Of a stretch of 64,000 bases of DNA, positions 58,517-64,000 are shown in pieces. The translations under genes were made by a program, and so were the position numbers. The stretch's first letter is position 1. Each line of letters begins with the position of its first letter. The notes beneath the pieces were generated by a model. The model was not told the origin of the DNA. It saw only the letters and a list, made by a program, of their open reading frames with translations, and searched no databases. The stretch covers positions 17,054,848 to 17,118,847 of the forward strand of contig CM120643.1 of assembly GCA_051362555.1 (NCBI GenBank). Direction: 5' to 3'. This DNA comes from Lingula anatina. Taxonomy: Eukaryota > Animalia > Brachiopoda.

Positions 58517-61500
58517 ATGACGAAAACATCCGTTATCTCAGGTAAGTACATAATAAACATGTCAGTGAGCGTAGATACGCTTCATTTGTCAGCTGTTTTG
58601 CTGCACATGACCAGGTTTTATTGACCATCTGACGATAAATGGCCATTATTTTTGAATGGCTGAAAAATATTTTTTTAAATCTGAAGTTATCAGCTGAATG
58701 GACATCATCTGAGATGGTGCAAAGTCTCGCGGATCAGCTTAAGGCCAATTTAGACCAATTTAGCGGGGTTTGGAGGAGAAGTACTGAACCGAGTGAGGTC
58801 GGAAATTTAGGCAGGGGAACGAATGCGGTGCAGCAACGAATAAAAACTGTCAGAATTCACCAAAAGATATTTTCTGGTTGCTTTCGTAGAATTCCAGCCT
58901 GTATGTTGCAAAACAGTACTTATTTACCATACTTTGCGTATCACTTTTGTAACGCTTTCAATGACGACGTTCCTGGCGCATCAAGTTTCATCATCATTGT
59001 AAAAAAAAAATCAATCCCTCTTCACGCAGATTGTGGCACTTTTTTTCCAGTCTCGCACTGACTCAGCCTCTTGTTAGAGTATCTCGCAACGTCTGGATGG
59101 GCAACTTTAACCGCCAATTCTCGGTGTTAAAATTGAAGGTTTTGCAAGATATCATCTCACTAAATTTCATAACCTGTTTATATAATAAAACATATTGAAG
59201 TTTTGTCCAGTCCTTCCATTAATATAATACTGGTAAAATACACTTTTACACATACTTATAAATGTAAGTCTACAAGATATGCGAAAAACTTTTGAGGCGC
59301 TCTTTTATATTTTAAAATTAAAGTATTATGAATTTTTACGTAAATGTTCGTTATGAGTACCCTCTGTGTCTCCTCTCATGGGGGGGGGGGGGGGGGAGGG
59401 GGGGGGAGGGGAGGAGGCAGGATTATTTGAAGGAGGAGGGGGAGGAGGTCCGGTTTTTAGTTAGACATGACAGATCACAACAGCCCGCGGATTCGACGCC
59501 GACAAAAATTATGAGTTCTTTTAAAACATTTTAAATTCAAATATATGTAAATTTATATATGTAAAATTATCAACTTGATATACTTTTCTTTAGCAGCGTG
59601 TGTTATGCTGCTGTTAGTCCTTGCGACCACAACTATTACTGGTGTGATCGGTCAACAGGCCGGAGACAGCGGTCAATATTCTGGATACAGCGGTCAATAT
59701 GGCGGGCAAAGCGGACCTAATGGGACTCGCATTATGCACAGCGATCTGAGTCGACTTGATGAAAGAAAGCCAATAGAGGCAGTGGTGAAGAAGCTCTCAC
59801 AGTCTTCTGCGGCACGGTCCCCCGGGATGCAAACTGTTATAAAATTGGTTGCCTTGATGGGAGGGAAACCAAATATTGTGCGCTTCAATGCAGAAAATAC
59901 ATTGCAGTGTGCCGATGATGAGGTGAGTGCCCTCCACTCGTATGGATATACTTCAATGAAGATGTGTTTTCATTCAAGATATTGGAAATTACTTGCTGGC
60001 GGTCAGTTTGGATCAAATATGGACTGGGTCGTCTTTCATAAACTGCTAGTAATGTTATAATTAGAAAAAAATCTTGCTTTCGATGAAGGCTACGTACCTA
60101 TACTCCCCCGCACCGATACTCCCCCGCTTCTTTACATCCCCGCACCGATACTCCCCCGCACCGATACTCCCTCGCACCGATACTCCCCCGCACCGATACT
60201 CCCCCGCTTCTTTACATCCCCGCACCGATACTCCCCCGCACCGATACTCCCTCGCACCGATACTCCCCCGCACCGATACTCCCCCGCTTCTTTACATCCC
60301 CGCACCGATACTCCCCCGCACTGATACTCCCGCGTACCGATACTCCGCAAAAACACTACTCCCCCAAGGCATAGTTTCCCTTGGCTTTGTAAACCCCATT
60401 CGTAATTTACAACACTTTCTGTAATGCTTTTTTTTTCAAGCTGCACCACCCTCTTGGGACCCAGAATTGACTAATTTTATTCGAAATATATTGGGAAAAA
60501 TAAAGAACGTTACACGAAGTCAATCTCAGACAATGACAGTACGTAGGTCTACAGCTCTTCCTTGTGATTTTTGAGAAATGTTTTTGCAAAATTAATTTCG
60601 TTCTCCTACTGTACTCAGTAGTTACTGTATATATATTGTACGGCCTTTTATTTATTTATTTTTTTTTTATTAACTTAAGGCAAAGTTAGTTTTAATCTAA
60701 GATAACGCAGCTATGTCTTTTTTTTCAGGCAACGATGAATTCGTAAAATTATTAAGTAATAAAAAAGAAGTGCTAAAGCGCTTCGTTTTCTGTCTTTTTC
60801 CTCCAACCTTTTTTTCTGCTCTTTAAGCTTCTTTCCCTTGTTTTTTGAATCTGAATTAGATTAGAATCTGAATTGAGCAAAATTCAAAAATTTTGAAAAT
60901 TGTTGCACAACGAAATTGTCGAGACACGAGCATGCGTCGTGAGCACGCCTCTTATAGTCGCAGTCCCGTCTTGTTTTCGATTTTGTTCGTTATAGATGTG
61001 AGGGCGTGCGCCGTACTCAACACGCAAAGGGCTCTTTCTCCTTCATTTCTTGCGGCGTGCATCTTGGACCAGGCAAGTCTCACTTGCAAACCAATCGCAA
61101 ACTCCTTAGAAAGGGAGCAAATTACGCTTGCGGCCTCGCTGTTCGCAGATTATTCGTAGAATCTATTGGAAATGTTCAATATCCTCCGTACGTGCTTACA
61201 TACGTGCGAACTCGAAATTTCGCATAAAGGACTTGCGTGGTACATGAGATTCTCCGCAAAATTTGGACTTAATCGGGTCGTAGATTTTGATCCACTTACC
61301 TACTAGTAAACTGACCCAAACCTGTATGATTAAATGGAGGGTTGACTCTGTTACTCGATCCTCAGTTTCGGCAAAATTGCACAGGGGAAACAACAACGCC
61401 GGGGAGTATCGGTGCGGGGGAGTAACGGTGCGCGTATAACGGCAATTTTACAGGGGGTTTATCGATGCGGGGATCTATCAGTGTGGGGTCGTATCGATGT

Positions 61501-62980
61501 GCATAATGCAAAAATTTACTAAGGGGGAGTATCGGTGCGGGGGAGTAACGGTGCGGGGGAGTATCGGCATGACCCCTCGATGAAAACTTGGACATCATAA
61601 CGTTATTATATCCAAGATGAAAGACACTAAATTCAGGGGCTGATGCAGGATTATTTGAAAGGGGGGGGGGTCCGCGGATGCGAAGCCGACTCCCCCCCCC
61701 TTGGCGTGGGGGTTCGGGGGGGGGGGGGTCGGTATTTTATAGGGCGAACGGTGCCATGTGATACAGTTTAGAACTATGATTCAACTAGTCAAAATTCTAA
61801 TTCAAGAGGGGAACAGAAATCGAAAGGGGGGGGGGTAAGGCCCCCCCTGACCTCCCTGGCCTCTAAGTCCGCCACTGAAATTATAGAAAGTTAAACTATG
61901 TTAAAATGAGTTTTTCATCTTTTATAATAAACAGGCCCATGTACTGTATCCATTTTATTGGTTTTTCAATTAAAGTTTCTGACATCAATTTTGGTTGTTG
62001 AGTTGGGACCACTTTTTGAATATTTTTTGTGACACCAACTTATTAGACAATTCCTTTGCCTTATATAGTAAAAATTAAAATATTACTATTTTTAAAAAGT
62101 CACACTTCTTCACTTGATGCAGCTAGGACAAATAGGACTAATTTAATATACTAAAGTAATTTGATGGATACAGGTTGGTAAAGGGGGAGGCACTATTTAC
62201 CCCGGTACAACTGTCTGTATTTTTTTGCAGATTTACTGCTTTGTTAGGCAAATTTGCATCTCTAAAGAATGCGCTGATAAAGTGAGGAGAGGAGAACTTT
62301 CTGCCAATTGTGGAAACAACAAAATGGCTCAAGGAAACAAGAACAAGGGGCTGTGGAACATAATGTCCTTCATGGTGGAAAGTCTGGGAAGGTAGGCCAT
62401 AGAAAAATTGAGGAAAGACTTACTAAAGCTTGTGGTCTTTAAGTAATAATACTACCATGTTTTCAAATGCAGTTAAGGGTAAATTGATTCTGATGCTAGG
62501 ATGTAAATATGATGTTCTGTTTTAAACTTGACAAAATGTCATTTCTTTTATGAATCATAAGAAGGTTTATCATTTCGTTAATTTTTACATCTCTGCATGG
62601 CACTCAGAAATATTAAATATGAGCCTTTAGTTTGCATTAATTTTCCTAAACTTCTAAAATTCAATTACAATGCAAAATTTTAGATCACATTCCTTAATAG
62701 GTAAAGATAGAAGATTAAAACTACAATTTTCTATTGTTTATTTATAAGAAAAAATCAAGGTGGCAGGGGCTCCTCCAGTACATATAAGACACCCAGTAAC
62801 ATCAGAGGTGGTTCGTTTTTGGATGAAGTAATGAGATCTCTGCCAATTAGATTTGAACCTAAACAACCCGAGAAGGTAGAAGCCACAATGTTTGCTGAGT
62901 TGGACAAAGATCGTTATGGTTCGTCAGCTCCTTGCAGCAAGAGAGATGATGCTGATGACAACATGGATTTTGAGGAGTGA
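58517..62980 (+). CDS. Uncharacterised secreted protein, 248 aa; exons 58517-58541, 59594-59922, 62231-62391, 62749-62980
   Basis: All three introns are GT-AG with matching phases (1, 0, 2) and the exons total 747 nt; hydrophobic signal peptide ACVMLLLVLATTTITGVIG; SGQY repeats; Cys cluster; AATAAA at ~63118. Confidence 0.72.
60024..61576. mobile_element. Fold-back element with inverted arrays of a 16-bp repeat
   Basis: (CCGATACTCCCCCGCA)n at 60100-60348 with an 80-bp higher-order period; reverse-complement array at 61400-61568; outer ends approximate. Confidence 0.65.
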
Positions 62981-63450
62981 GTTATTTTTAAAAGCTATTT
63001 ATAATTATAAAAATTGTTAAATGCTGATGGATCTTAACCATGTAGTCTGCATTCATCAAAGGTTTCTTATCTAACTTATTTATTTCCCTTTGTGTTGCCA
63101 CTGTTCTCACCACTGTCAATAAAATAGTGTCTAGACAATTAATTAATAGAAGCTGATATAAGGATTTTGCTTTAAAACCATTGACATTGGTGAGAACAGC
63201 GTTTATATAAGAGCCAGTTTTATTGTGGTCTAATCATATGTAAATTTATGCTTAAGTTTTTAAGAACCTCTGAAATGTAAGGTTTGCTATTATGAAAGTT
63301 GATCTGCTGTTCTGAGAACTAAGGGTTTGCTGTAACTATGAAGGATTCTCACTTACCAGTCCTCTAGCTATTAAGGAAGTGCATGCACCCTTCAGTTTTT
63401 TCTTCTTTGAGTGTGGACTGTATTTCAGAAATAGTGAACCTTCGTAATAT

Positions 63451-64000
63451 TGTAACGATTTTACATAGCTTTAATTCATGGTAAAATTACTGCAGTAAGC
63501 TATAGCCTTTTGTTGACATTCGGCCAGTGTGTTGTTGAACTTTGAACCTTGAATGGCTTGTAAGTGGTATCAGTTTACTAAAGAGGGGATTGTGGTGTCC
63601 AGTAGAGGGGTTGGCGGTCAACCATTCAAGGCCGTCCACTTTTCCTCTGCCTGCCAGTCAAAGTAGCAGTGAACCATTCAAGGCCGTCCACTTTTGAAAT
63701 GTATAAATACAGCTGCTCTACGCAGTGTTGGCCAGTTCAGTTAGAGTATAGTGGCAGTACTCAGTTAGAGTATAGTGTCAGACTTAGTTTCACAACTTAG
63801 TTTGAGTCAGTTTCACAATATAGTTCCAGTTAGTTTATTGTAGTTGAGTTGCAGTTGTTTAAGTTAGAAGTACAGCAGTACAGCAAGATAACCAGAGACA
63901 GTGTTCAGTAAAAGATACAGAAACATGTACATTTGTGTTGAGAATTGTTCTTAGAAATAAAGATTTACAAAACAGAAACCTGTTTTGTTGGTGGCAGCAA
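63451..64000 (+). mobile_element. Possible LTR of a second retroelement, truncated by the window edge
   Basis: TGTAAC start, duplicated AACCATTCAAGGCCGTCCACTTTT, TATAAAT, short AGTT-rich repeats, AATAAA, and TGGTGGCAGC near the end. Confidence 0.4.

Noticed and set aside
60061-60449. Repetitive ORFs (GEYRCGG / PHRYSPAP), also at 8953-9345 and 61362-61598
   Set aside because: Translations of the 16-bp repeat arrays
63988-64000. Definite primer-binding site TGGTGGCAGC
   Set aside because: Not directly preceded by an LTR-terminal CA and cut off by the window edge, so it cannot be confirmed

Overview
AT-rich, intron-containing animal genomic DNA; probably a marine invertebrate such as an echinoderm, which is inferred from gene and repeat style only. 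Left to right: (1) a tandem array of four divergent TMEM70-like mitochondrial membrane-protein cassettes (5.3-15.1 kb). By splice-phase analysis they appear to form two transcription units, each with a shared mitochondrial-targeting leader spliced to alternative terminal exons. (2) A three-exon CMC2 gene (-). (3) An intronless 1413-aa PRDM10/15-like PR/SET zinc-finger gene (-) lying between CMC2 and a probable bidirectional promoter. (4) CENP-N (+, nine coding exons, one GC-AG intron). (5) RPP40 (-), whose intron 2 holds a young Ty3/Gypsy LTR retrotransposon with a 3.3-kb TIR element inserted into its 3' LTR. (6) tRNA-Cys(GCA). (7) A four-exon orphan secreted protein gene. Introns and intergenic DNA are full of non-autonomous elements: TA-TSD TIR elements, MITEs, and Helitron/Helentron-like elements carrying internal satellites. 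All gene models were built by eye from splice signals and reading-frame phase; family assignments come from recalled similarity to human proteins, and no database search was run.
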